Source: Eledone cirrhosa (taxonomy: Eukaryota). From it: a stretch of DNA of 64,000 nucleotides. Made by a program: the position numbers and the translations under genes. Location: contig OZ024740.1 of NCBI GenBank assembly GCA_964016885.1, positions 422,592,001 through 422,656,000 of the forward strand, in the 5' to 3' direction. Positions 48,917-59,194 of the stretch are shown one piece after another (the stretch's first letter is position 1; each line of letters opens with the position of its first letter). The notes beneath the pieces are model-generated. The model had not been told where the DNA came from, did no database searches, and worked only from the letters and a program-made list of their open reading frames with translations.

Positions 48917-49233
48917 TGGCTTAGTGGTTAGAGCATTGGCCTTGCAATCGAAAGGTTGTGAGTTCAATTCTCAGACCGGGTGATGTGTTGTTTCCTTGAG
49001 CAAGACACTTTATTTCACATTGCTCCAGTTTACTCAGCTGTAGAAATGAGATGATAGGGACTGGGGTCCATATCATTCCACTGCAAAGTGGCCGTGGAGG
49101 TGCCACGGCAAAAAAGCACCCAGCACTCACTGTAAATGAGGTTGGTGTTAGGAAAGGCATCCAGCTGTAGAAATCAAGCCAGTATCAGTTCCCGTCCCAC
49201 CCTTGCAAGCAGGGAAAAAGCGGACGTGAAATG
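48917..49233 (+). mobile_element. tRNA-derived SINE with CORE-like body and RTE-like 3' tail (possibly composite)
   Basis: A box TGGCTTAGTGG, B box GTTCAATTC, then TCCTTGAGCAAGACACTT...CTCAGCTGTAGAAATG (resembles the CORE domain); 3' end CAAGCAGGGAAAAAGCGGACGTGAAATG matches the RTE 3' UTR at 47191-47227. Confidence 0.85.
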
Positions 49234-49395
49234 AATATATATATATAGCTGAGTAAACTATTAGAAAGTGAGGTTTTTTTACAAAATGAAAAATAACCGA
49301 GGTGTCCTACACGAGTGAAAGTATAAAGAAAAATAGATGAAATCGAAAATGCAACTGGAGTCTTATTTAAAAAAATATATATATTTATTTGGTTC

Positions 49396-49431
49396 CTTTA
49401 CCGGTTTCGCAGTTCTTCTGCTTTTCAAAAG
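49396..49431 (-). ncRNA. Minimal type I hammerhead-like motif with U3-A8 compensatory pair
   Basis: Minus strand CTT-TTGAAAA-GCAG AAGAA CTGC-GAAA-CCGG-T-A-AAG: stem I CTT/AAG, stem II GCAG/CTGC, palindromic ACCGGT stem III, GUA triplet. Confidence 0.6.
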
Positions 49432-49467
49432 TAGAGTTGAGATGGAGGGTCTGAGGTTTTTTTCACA

Positions 49468-49504
<37 letters not shown>

Positions 49505-50650
49505 TAGCTGAGGTACCCACCTTCGCCAAGGTTAACAAATGATCCGAGAAGACCGGCAGAAGAGAAAACGTCTGTATTGAATGCATTGTCTTGTTTACTC
49601 TGTGTGTGTGTATATATATATGTGTGAGTGTTCGTGTGTGTGAGTGTTTGTGTGCGTGTGTGTAAACCACTGTTGGAATCGGAGACATAGGCCGCGAAAC
49701 ACGATCATCACTGACAACGAACTCGCAGAGAGAATCCCTTATGGTTGATTCCCAGCCTGCTAGAAATAGCAGTCAGGTTGGTTAGCATACGTGGTATGTC
49801 TTTCTTATTCTTTGGTGTTATAAAATTAGTATCAATAAACTTTCCTGGTTATCTTATCCCAATCCTGTACATACTTTCCGATTGTCACTTTTCGTTTCTG
49901 ATGTTGGGTTTGAATAGTTTTTAGGATTCCCCAATTTAGCAGCCAGTACGTTAAAGAAAATTTATAGTTACAACAATAAAGGTTGAACAGAGAACACATT
50001 TTTTAACAAACTTTACACTAATTTGTACAACCATAATGGAAATTCCAAGTAACAGAAAATACATAAATTACATTGTTAGACCCTCAGAGTATACAATATT
50101 TTTTGTTCGGCCCTCGGGAGCAAAGATATAGAGATTGTTTGGCGAGCTCACCCTAGAGCATCCTACATACAATTGACCATGGTTTTCCCAGATGAAGGCC
50201 AGCCAATTTTAGGGTTTGACCCAGAGCTTTGTTGATGGTAATCGCGAAGCTTAGTCTCTCTGTTGCTCTAGTAACATTTTTTCTTCTGGAAAATCTGATC
50301 TTGCGGCCAGGCTATGACTTTTGGGGTGGCATAACGACAGTAACAATGACGATAAGCCGTCTGTGCTTTCGTGAAATAAATACGTTTGTTTATATTTTGT
50401 TTTTGTGTATGCAAACATATCTGTACACGAATATATATATATAGTTATACTTGGGGAGGGTCATATTTGTGTAATATTACCAGAATTAATAACAGAACAC
50501 ACTCACTGTTTGGTTGGTTTTCGTTTTTCGCTTCTGTGTCTTTTATATCGGTAATCTAATTTATTCGGTCCTCAATGTTGCCATTGACTGACCAACGGTC
50601 AAAAATAATACAGATACAATATAGACACACACGCATATATATAGTTTATC

Positions 50651-50685
50651 AAAGTTCTTTCGTTGCACATCTGCAACATCGTCAG
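50651..50685 (-). ncRNA. Hammerhead-like core in the PLE 3' repeat (left arm)
   Basis: CTGACGA-T-GTTGCA GATG TGCAAC-GAAA-GAACTTT; perfect 6-bp stem II; stems I and III weak. Confidence 0.6.
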
Positions 50686-50954
50686 AGGTGCTATTGTTTC
50701 GTCCCGTTACATTGTATTTTCTACGCCATCTTTATTTAGTCTGTTTATATATTTATTTATTTGTTTATTTTATTTTGTCTTCTTTGCGCATGCGTTTGCG
50801 TGTGTGTATAGTGTTTTGTTTGATGTGTGTTCGTGATTGGGTGACTGTGTATTGGTTAATGTATTCTATCTTTACTAGTGTGTGTTTATATGTGTTTGTT
50901 GTTATTGTGCTTGTGTATGTATTTATTTATTTATTTATCTATTTATTTATTTAT

Positions 50955-52182
50955 TTATACTTCTCTTAGGTCAGTGTTGTTTGTTTGGGTGTTGTTGTTA
51001 TTCCATTCATTCTTTCTGTTTAGTTTTGGCCTTCTAAGTTCTATTTCACTGGCCTCTCTGATTTGCCTATCTGCTGGGTCATTTCTATGTTTAGATATTA
51101 TTCTAATTTCTATGTTGTCTATGTTACCGTCGTGTTGTTGTCTGGCATGTTCGTATAGTACTGAACCGTTTTTTCGTCCTTTTAGTTCCCCCCCAGTGTT
51201 GGTCTATCCTTTCACCTATGCTACGAGCTGTCTCGCCTATGTATATTGTTGTCATGTTTCTGCAGGTACCCTCTGTACATCTTATGCTATAGACGACGTT
51301 TCTAGTTTTACAGTTTATCCGGGGGTTTACCTTACATATATATTTCCTATTAGTACATTGGGTTTTCTTAAAAGGGTAGGTTTTGCTGATCAGAGATTTT
51401 ATGGTGGTTCCTCGCTTTTCTACCACCTTAATCTTTAAGTGGGTCTTTCTCAGGGCCTTTCTACACTGGTTAGCTAATTTCCCTTCAGGGGTAGCGTCCA
51501 CAAACCTGACACTCTGGTATCTCTGGTTGTCGTACCATGAGGTGGCTTTCCCTATCTTATGTCTAGCCCTATCTAAGCTATTCCATGATTTGCTCCTGTA
51601 TAATGGGCAAATTCCTTTCATGTCCAGTTCTATGAGGGTCTTATACTTCTCCATGGCTCCTTCGTATACTCTGACTCTGTCTCTTTCGTTGTAGCCAGAG
51701 AACTGCATGCGGTTGATGAAGTGTTGGATGTGTCTTTCCATTTCTGTTGGGTCGCACATGCGGGACACATTCTTCAACACTCGTACCAAATCTGCGATCA
51801 GAATATTAAACTTAGCACTACTGGACATTGCTGAGATTTTGAGTGTCAGGTATTTGGAGGCCATGGGTTTAGCATAGTGTGAGTGGAGAATTTGGGCTCT
51901 CTCGTCTATAGTGTTAATCCAGAGTTCCGTGTCTAATACAGGTCGTCTATTGTTAGGGTGTTTGGAAGGGTAGTCGATAGTTACCGTTATACTCTGGTGT
52001 ATGGAATTAGCTATCTGCTGGATGCTTTCCATTGTGCTACGTTCTAAATCAAACTTGTTAGTGCTCTCTAGTGGGGATGTTCTTATAACTATATTGATAT
52101 CGTCTACGTAACGAGAGTACATGATAAGGTCTATGGAGCTCTCATTAAGGAGATCTTTAAGTCTCCTTTCCCACCATACCAT
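50955..52182 (-). pseudogene. PLE reverse transcriptase (C-terminal part) + GIY-YIG endonuclease, frameshifted
   Basis: YSRYVDD (YVDD at 52099-52110), PVLDTEL, HYAKP, thumb RMQFSGY, then NVVYSIRC...C...YIGETARSIGERIDQH. Removing one base from the G7 run (51188-51194) continues as HWGELKGRKNGSVLYEHARQQH...RQIREASEIELRRPKLNRKNEW to TAA at 50955. Confidence 0.92.
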
Positions 52183-52566
52183 AATAATATCTAAACATAG
52201 AAATGACCCAGCAGATAGGCAAATCAGAGAGGCCAGTGAAATAGAACTTAGAAGGCCAAGGCTAAACAGAAAGAATGAATGGAATAACAACACCCAAACA
52301 AACAACACTGACCTAAGAGAAGTATAAATAAATACATACACAAGCACAATAACAACAAACATATAAACACACAATAGTAAAGATAGAATACATTAACCAA
52401 TACACAGTCACCCAATCACGAACACACATCAAACAAAACACTATACACACACGCAAATGCATGCGCAAAGAAGACAAAATAAAATAAACAAATAAATAAA
52501 TATATAAACAGACTAAATAAAGATGTCGTAGAAAATACAATGTAACGGGAGGAAACAATAGCACCA

Positions 52567-52601
52567 CTGACGATGTTGCAGATGTGCAACGAAAGAACTT
52601 T
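52567..52601 (+). ncRNA. Hammerhead-like core in the PLE inverted repeat (right arm)
   Basis: Identical CTGACGATGTTGCAGATGTGCAACGAAAGAACTTT, in the sense of the inverted arm. Confidence 0.6.
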
Positions 52602-52867
52602 GATAAACTATATATATGCGTTTGTGTCTATATTGTATCTGTATTATTTTTGACCGTTGGTCAGTCAATGGCAACATTGAGGACCGAATAAATTAGATTA
52701 CCGATATAAAAGACACAGAAGCGAAAACCAACCAAACAGTGAGTGTGTTCTGTTATTAATTCTGGTAATATCACACAAATATGACCCTCCCCAAGTATAA
52801 CAATATTTGTGTCGACACACGATTTCATATCAAAAACCTCGCAAAACTACATATATATATATATATA

Positions 52868-53033
52868 TATTAAAATAACAGATTAAAGTTTAAGCAAAGA
52901 ATCGCTGCTTTCACCCTTAACGGGATCTTCTGAAACAAAAAAAAAGAAAATCTGTGAACGCAGAAGTAAATATTTCGAAAAATGTTGCAACAGGAAGATG
53001 ATACTTTGGTTCGTGAAGACGTTAGGAATGTCG
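52868..53033. repeat. Dispersed repeat, copy 1
   Basis: First 69 bp (52868-52936) identical to 62414-62482; diverged similarity continues ~100 bp. Confidence 0.88.
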
Positions 53034-53339
53034 TAAAACCGGAAGTGTTGACATTTGAAAAATTTAAAGAAGTGAATATTTAAATAAACGATAAAATATC
53101 TTGAATCTTTTAACAAAATTTAGTAGACGAAAATACCCTCACTTTCTTACTTGGAAAAAGTTACATCTATGGCGCAAATTTGGTGCCGTTTGGCGGAAAG
53201 TTTGTTACCTACATACGGCCGTCAGCTTTATAGTATAGATATATAATGATATGAATATCATGATTATTGAGGTGATGTACTACAGCTTACAGCAATAATA
53301 TTATTAATGTTTTGCACTATATTAATGGCACTATTAACA

Positions 53340-53447
53340 TATCATCACCACCACCATCATCACAAATATCACCATCGGCACCACCATCGTCACCACCACC
53401 ACAACCATCATCACCACAACTATCATCATCATCACAACCATCACCAT
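53340..53447. repeat. (CAT/CAC)n low-complexity tract
   Basis: Mixed CAC/CAT/CAA triplets. Confidence 0.85.
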
Positions 53448-53546
53448 TTATGTAATTCATGCTAACTTTACTTCCTCGGCTATATATTAGTTTTAAGTAA
53501 GCTTTGTGATTTGATTATAACCTACTTTAAATGTCTTCTCTTATGT

Positions 53547-53836
53547 ACACACAGACATATATATACATATATACACACACACAGACATATATACACACAA
53601 CTACATATACACACACACGTACAGACACACAGACATATATATACATACACATATATACACACAACTATATACACATACATATATACACACACAACTACAT
53701 ACACATATATACAGACACACAGACATATATACACAGATACAGACACACATATATGCACACATATATATCATACACATATATACACACAGATATATATATA
53801 TACACACATATATATATATATATACACACACACACA
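53547..53836. repeat. Compound (CA)/(TA) microsatellite
   Basis: Alternating CA and TA runs with recurring CAGACATATAT and CAACTA. Confidence 0.9.
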
Positions 53837-53887
53837 AATCATTGTCCTATCTGACTCCCGTTCGTTAGACAACCTATATTTATATTG

Positions 53888-54645
53888 CGTGTGTATGTAT
53901 GTATCCACGTATATATGTATGTATGTGTAACCACGTATATATATATATATGTGTGTAACCACGTATATATATATATATATATGTGTAACCACGTATGTAT
54001 GTGTAACCACGTATATATATATATGTAACCACGTATATATATATGTATGTGTAACCACGTATGTATGTGCAACCACGTATATATATATATATGTGTAACC
54101 ACGTATGTATGTGTAACCACGTATGTATGTGTGACCACGTATGTATGTGTGACCACGTATATATGTATGTGTGACCACGTATATATGTATGTGTAACCAC
54201 GTATATATGTATGTGTAACTATGTATGTATGTGTAACCACGTATGTATGTATGTGTAACCACGTATGTATGTATGTGTGACCACGTATGTATGTATGTGT
54301 GACCACGTATGTATGTGTAACTATGTATGTATGTATGTGTGACCACGTATGTATGTATGTGTGACCACGTATGTATGTATGTGTGACCACGTATGTATGT
54401 ATGTGTGACCACGTATATATGTATGTGTGACCACGTATGTATGTATGTGTAACCACGTATGTATGTATGTATGTGTAACCACGTATATATGTATGTGTGA
54501 CCACGTATATATGTATGTGTGACCACGTATATATGTATGTGTAACCACGTATGTATGTATGTGTAACCAGGCATATATGTATATGTGTGTGTAACCACAT
54601 ACATACATACATATATATATGTATGTGTGTATGTGTGTATGTAAC
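53888..54645. repeat. Variable-length minisatellite GT(A/G)ACCACGT + (ATRT)n
   Basis: About 30 ACCACGT cores separated by TA/TG runs of variable length. Confidence 0.92.
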
Positions 54646-55080
54646 ACCTATTTCCCATCATTTGTGTGAGAAGAAGACGTGAGGTCCCCGTAAGAAACCT
54701 TCATCCCAGCTATCTATATGTAATGTCCAAACTGTTGGTTATCGACATAACAATTTATTACCTTACATCAATGTCAATGTTATATTGAAGCAGCAGCACA
54801 TCTCTCCCTCCACACTCTTACCCCCCCCCCCATCCTTCCCCCTCCCCCTCCCTCACTTCCCCTTGAAGCAGCACCACCGCCACCATCATCTCTCTCTCTC
54901 TCCATCCATCTTCTTCCCCAGTGCCCCCCCTCCGTCATAAAACCATATTTAACAGACTATCCCCACTCTCCTACCTTCAATGTCTAGCTGTTGGTCAGTC
55001 TATATATGGGGGGGGGGGGTATGGAGTACTTTTAAATCATGAATTATGTACTACAAACTTTGTCTTCTCAAATGTTAGTA

Positions 55081-55259
55081 GCAGTATCGGTAGAGGGTCG
55101 GACGCCATGCTTTCCAGCATAGTTACGTCCCTTTACGATCTGAGTTTAAATCCCGCCGAGGTTGACTTTGCCTTTCATCCTTACGGGGTCGATAAAATAA
55201 AAGTACCAGTAATGCACTGGATAATTGCTGGCCTTGTGCCTAAAGTAGAAACAATTATT
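55081..55259 (+). mobile_element. Degenerate tRNA-derived SINE (family 2)
   Basis: CTGAGTTTAAATCCCGCCGAGGTTGACTTTGCCTTTCATCCTTACGGGGTCGATAAAATAAAAGTACCAGT; homologous to 60776-60923. Confidence 0.8.
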
Positions 55260-55454
55260 TATAAAACCAGTGGCTTGGTGCTGTCAATAATGAAGGCAGT
55301 ATTGGTATGCCATATATACCAGGGTTACTGGATATATGAACAGTCCTTACAAACTAGTATATTGATAAATTAATTGTTTGCTTAAGAGAAACCCTATAGT
55401 TTATGTTGAATATTGACACGTAGAAGTAATTAAACATATTTTAATAATTTATTT

Positions 55455-55637
55455 GTTAGTTGAGCAATAATTGATAATATAGACTGGTGGGTCTAGCAGA
55501 GTTAACACTAGTGGTTAGTTGAGCAATAATTGATAATATAAACTGGTGGGTCTAGCAGAGTTAACACTAGTGGTTAGTTGAGAATATAGACTGGTGGGTC
55601 TAGCAGAGTTAACACTAGTGGTTAGTTGAGCAATAAT
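55455..55637. repeat. 59-bp tandem repeat, ~3.3 copies
   Basis: GTTAGTTGAG at 55455, 55514, 55573, 55621; third unit has an 11-bp deletion. Confidence 0.93.
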
Positions 55638-55795
55638 ACAGCTAGATATTTCGACTGTAAAAAAAATTTAACACGTGGTTTAATCGGTGTCTCTTTTCCA
55701 CAACGGCGATATAATGTTTAGTAAGAACACTCATAAATTTACCTTTCACCACCATTTATCTTAAGACTGTACACGGCTTCTTATAAACACCCACC

Positions 55796-55839
<44 letters not shown>

Positions 55840-55995
55840 TATACATATATATATACATACACAGACACACAGTCATACACATAGATGTATGTATGTGTAT
55901 GATTTGTGGCTGTAAAGTTGATGGAAGTTGTACATTCATCATAAGTGAAAATATCTAGGGAGTTTAGAAGGAAAGGAAGAGATAGTTGTATGGAT

Positions 55996-56097
55996 TGTGG
56001 TGGTGTTGGTGGTGTGTTGATGTAAGGGTGGTATTGGTGGTGTGTTGATAATAGGGTGGTATTGGTGGAGTGTTGTTAGGGTGGTGTTGGTGGTGTA
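55996..56097. repeat. GGT-rich low-complexity repeat
   Basis: GGTGGT(G/A)TTGGTGG repeated four times. Confidence 0.8.
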
Positions 56098-56685
56098 GTA
56101 AGGAAGATTTGTGGGGGATTATTTAACAGCAGCAACGGGGAACGTACTTTTGTTAGTTATAGCTAATATTAAAGTGTTTTAAGAAAATGCTTCATCATCG
56201 TTTTAACGTCTTATTTCCCCTTCTAGAAAAGGTTGGATGGGTCTACATAGACTAAGTTATTACTGAAATGTTGGTTACTGATCTATATATAAAGATTAAG
56301 AAACACCAAAGAGTCAATATGCTATAAAGCTAACATGTTTCAGCCGTTAGAGCTTCATCCCGGGGGTGTGGAGTTACAAAAACAGAAATTATATAATTTT
56401 TTAAGAACTTTTTTTCAAAATAATTAACATCCAAATATTTCCCTATATAAGAAAATTTAACAAAGGACAAGACAACGAACGGAAACAAAACAAAACGAAA
56501 AATTATTTTTTTAGGGGAAACCTTAAATTTTTAAAAATAAATATACAAACGAAGGACACAGAACTCCATGGCCATCGGCCGTTGAGAGGGACTTTGGCAG
56601 TTTCGACCCCTACCAACGGTACTGCTGGTCCATCAGTAATTTATAGCAATTAAGCTACAAAACAATTGTATGTGACATTAGGGAG

Positions 56686-57642
56686 GATATATGGTGCCTC
56701 ACATAGCACGTGAAGATATCTGCTGCCTCACATAGCACGTGAAGATATCTGCTGCCTCACATAGCACGTGAAGATATCTGTTGCCTCACATAGCACGTGA
56801 AGATATCTGCTGCCTCACATCGCACGTGAAGATATCTGCTGCCTCACATCGCACGTGAAGATATCTGCTGCCTCACATAGCACGTGAAGATATCTGCTGC
56901 CTCACATAGCACGTGAAGATATCTGTTGCCTCACATAGCACGTGAAGATATCTGCTGCCTCACATCGCACGTGAAGATATCTGGTGCCTCACATAGCACG
57001 TGAAGATATCTGCTGCCTCACATAGCACGTGAAGATATCTGCTGCCTCACATAGCACGTGAAGATATCTGTTGCCTCACATAGCACGTGAAGATATCTGC
57101 TGCCTCACATAGCACGTGAAGATATCTGTTGCCTCACATAGCACGTGAAGATATCTGGTGCCTCACATAGCACGTGAAGATATCTGTTGCCTCACATAGC
57201 ACGTGAAGATATCTGCTGCCTCACATAGCACGTGAAGATATCTGTTGCCTCACATAGCACGTGAAGATATCTGTTGCCTCACATAGCACGTGAAGATATC
57301 TGCTGCCTCACATAGCACGTGAAGATATCTGTTGCCTCACATAGCACGTGAAGATATCTGCTGCCTCACATAGCACGTGAAGATATCTGCTGCCTCACAT
57401 AGCACGTGAAGATATCTGCTGCCTCACATAGCACGTGAAGATATCTGTTGCCTCACATAGCACGTGAAGATATCTGCTGCCTCACATAGCACGTGAAGAT
57501 ATCTGCTGCCTCACATAGCACGTGAAGATATCTGCTGCCTCACATAGCACGTGAAGATATCTGTTGCCTCACATAGCACGTGAAGATATCTGCTGCCTCA
57601 CATCGCACGTGAAGATATCTGGTGCCTCACATAGCACGTGAA
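56686..57642. repeat. 29-bp minisatellite (~33 copies)
   Basis: Unit GCCTCACATAGCACGTGAAGATATCTG(C/T/G)T; ACATAG at 56701 and 56730. Confidence 0.97.
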
Positions 57643-57699
57643 ACATGGAAAAAGAGAGAAAAAAGAAAGGAAGAAAGTAAGATATCGTGTTAGAAAATG

Positions 57700-59194
57700 T
57701 GATCAAGTAGACATGTGGAGGATGAGATGGTAGGTCAACCTTGATCAAGTAGACCTGTGGAGGATGAGATGGTAGGTCAACCTTGATCAAGTAGACATGT
57801 GGAGGATGAGATGGTAGGTCAACCTTGATCAAGTAGACCTGTGGAGGATGAGATGGTAGGTCAACCTTGATCAAGTAGACATGTGGAGGATGAGATGGTA
57901 GGTCAACCTTGATCAAGTAGACCTGTGGAGGATGAGATGGTAGGTCAACCTTGATCAAGTAGACCTGTGGAGGATGAGATGGTAGGTCAACCTTGATCAA
58001 GTAGACCTGTGGAGGATGAGATGGTAGGTCAACCTTGATCAAGTAGACCTGTGGAGGATGAGATGGTAGGTCAACCTTGATCAAGTAGACATGTGGAGGA
58101 TGAGATGGTAGGTCAACCTTGATCAAGTAGACCTGTGGAGGATGAGATGGTAGGTCAACCTTGATCAAGTAGACCTGTGGAGGATGAGATGGTAGGTCAA
58201 CCTTGATCAAGTAGACATGTGGAGGATGAGATGGTAGGTCAACCTTGATCAAGTAGACATGTGGAGGATGAGATGGTAGGTCAACCTTGATCAAGTAGAC
58301 ATGTGGAGGATGAGATGGTAGGTCAACCTTGATCAAGTAGACCTGTGGAGGATGAGATGGTAGGTCAACCTTGATCAAGTAGACATGTGGAGGATGAGAT
58401 GGTAGGTCAACCTTGATCAAGTAGACATGTGGAGGATGAGATGGTAGGTCAACCTTGATCAAGTAGACATGTGGAGGATGAGATGGTAGGTCAACCTTGA
58501 TCAAGTAGACCTGTGGAGGATGAGATGGTAGGTCAACCTTGATCAAGTAGACATGTGGAGGATGAGATGGTAGGTCAACCTTGATCAAGTAGACCTGTGG
58601 AGGATGAGATGGTAGGTCAACCTTGATCAAGTAGACCTGTGGAGGATGAGATGGTAGGTCAACCTTGATCAAGTAGACCTGTGGAGGATGAGATGGTAGG
58701 TCAACCTTGATCAAGTAGACATGTGGAGGATGAGATGGTAGGTCAACCTTGATCAAGTAGACCTGTGGAGGATGAGATGGTAGGTCAACCTTGATCAAGT
58801 AGACATGTGGAGGATGAGATGGTAGGTCAACCTTGATCAAGTAGACCTGTGGAGGATGAGATGGTAGGTCAACCTTGATCAAGTAGACCTGTGGAGGATG
58901 AGATGGTAGGTCAACCTTGATCAAGTAGACATGTGGAGGATGAGATGGTAGGTCAACCTTGATCAAGTAGACCTGTGGAGGATGAGATGGTAGGTCAACC
59001 TTGATCAAGTAGACATGTGGAGGATGAGATGGTAGGTCAACCTTGATCAAGTAGACATGTGGAGGATGAGATGGTAGGTCAACCTTGATCAAGTAGACAT
59101 GTGGAGGATGAGATGGTAGGTCAACCTTGATCAAGTAGACCTGTGGAGGATGAGATGGTAGGTCAACCTTGATCAAGTAGACATGTGGAGGATG
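57700..59194. repeat. 42-bp minisatellite (~35.5 copies)
   Basis: Unit GATCAAGTAGAC(A/C)TGTGGAGGATGAGATGGTAGGTCAACCTT; only one variable site seen. Confidence 0.97.

Larger units (their letters stand above)
50444..52801 (-). mobile_element. Penelope-like retroelement, 5'-truncated, with inverted copy of its 3' end
   Basis: RT and GIY-YIG coding remnant plus inverted arms 50444-51102 and 52183-52801 that end at the same nucleotide (...CCCCAAGTATAAC). Confidence 0.93.
49503..53240 (+). mobile_element. Putative non-autonomous Helitron-like (Lep1-type) element hosting nested insertions
   Basis: Begins ACTAGCTGAGGTACCCACCTTCGCCAAGGTT right after a (TA)n run; ends ...CAAATTTGGTGCCGTTTGGCGGAAAGTTTG...CTTTATAGTATAGAT followed by ATATA. 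Both ends resemble Lep1-type termini from memory; pairing of the two ends is inferred. Confidence 0.5.

Noticed and set aside
48917-48985. tRNA genes at SINE heads (also 59431, 60776)
   Set aside because: A and B boxes are present but there is no complete cloverleaf, and each runs into a SINE body.
52183-52374. Hydrophobic N-terminal 64 aa of the 416-aa ORF (looks like a signal or TM segment)
   Set aside because: It is the antisense reading of the inverted PLE arm, fused in frame by chance at the junction.
50688-52567. ORFs 50688, 50878, 51383, 52121 and 52313
   Set aside because: Antisense frames of the PLE or the duplicated endonuclease tail in the inverted arm; not independent genes.
53511-54661. 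Many overlapping H/T/Y/I and V/C/M-rich ORFs
   Set aside because: Translations of CA/TA micro- and minisatellites.
54815-54930. C-rich tract (possible G-quadruplex on the minus strand)
   Set aside because: Ordinary low-complexity sequence with no context suggesting function.
57725-59170. Nuclear-receptor half-site AGGTCA in every 42-bp unit
   Set aside because: A single hexamer copied by tandem amplification; no proper direct or inverted repeat element.
57569-59176. 535-aa ORF of IKVDLPSHPP(Q/H)VYL repeats
   Set aside because: It is the 42-bp minisatellite read in a stop-free frame; starts at TTG inside the array, has no synonymous variation and no splice or domain evidence.
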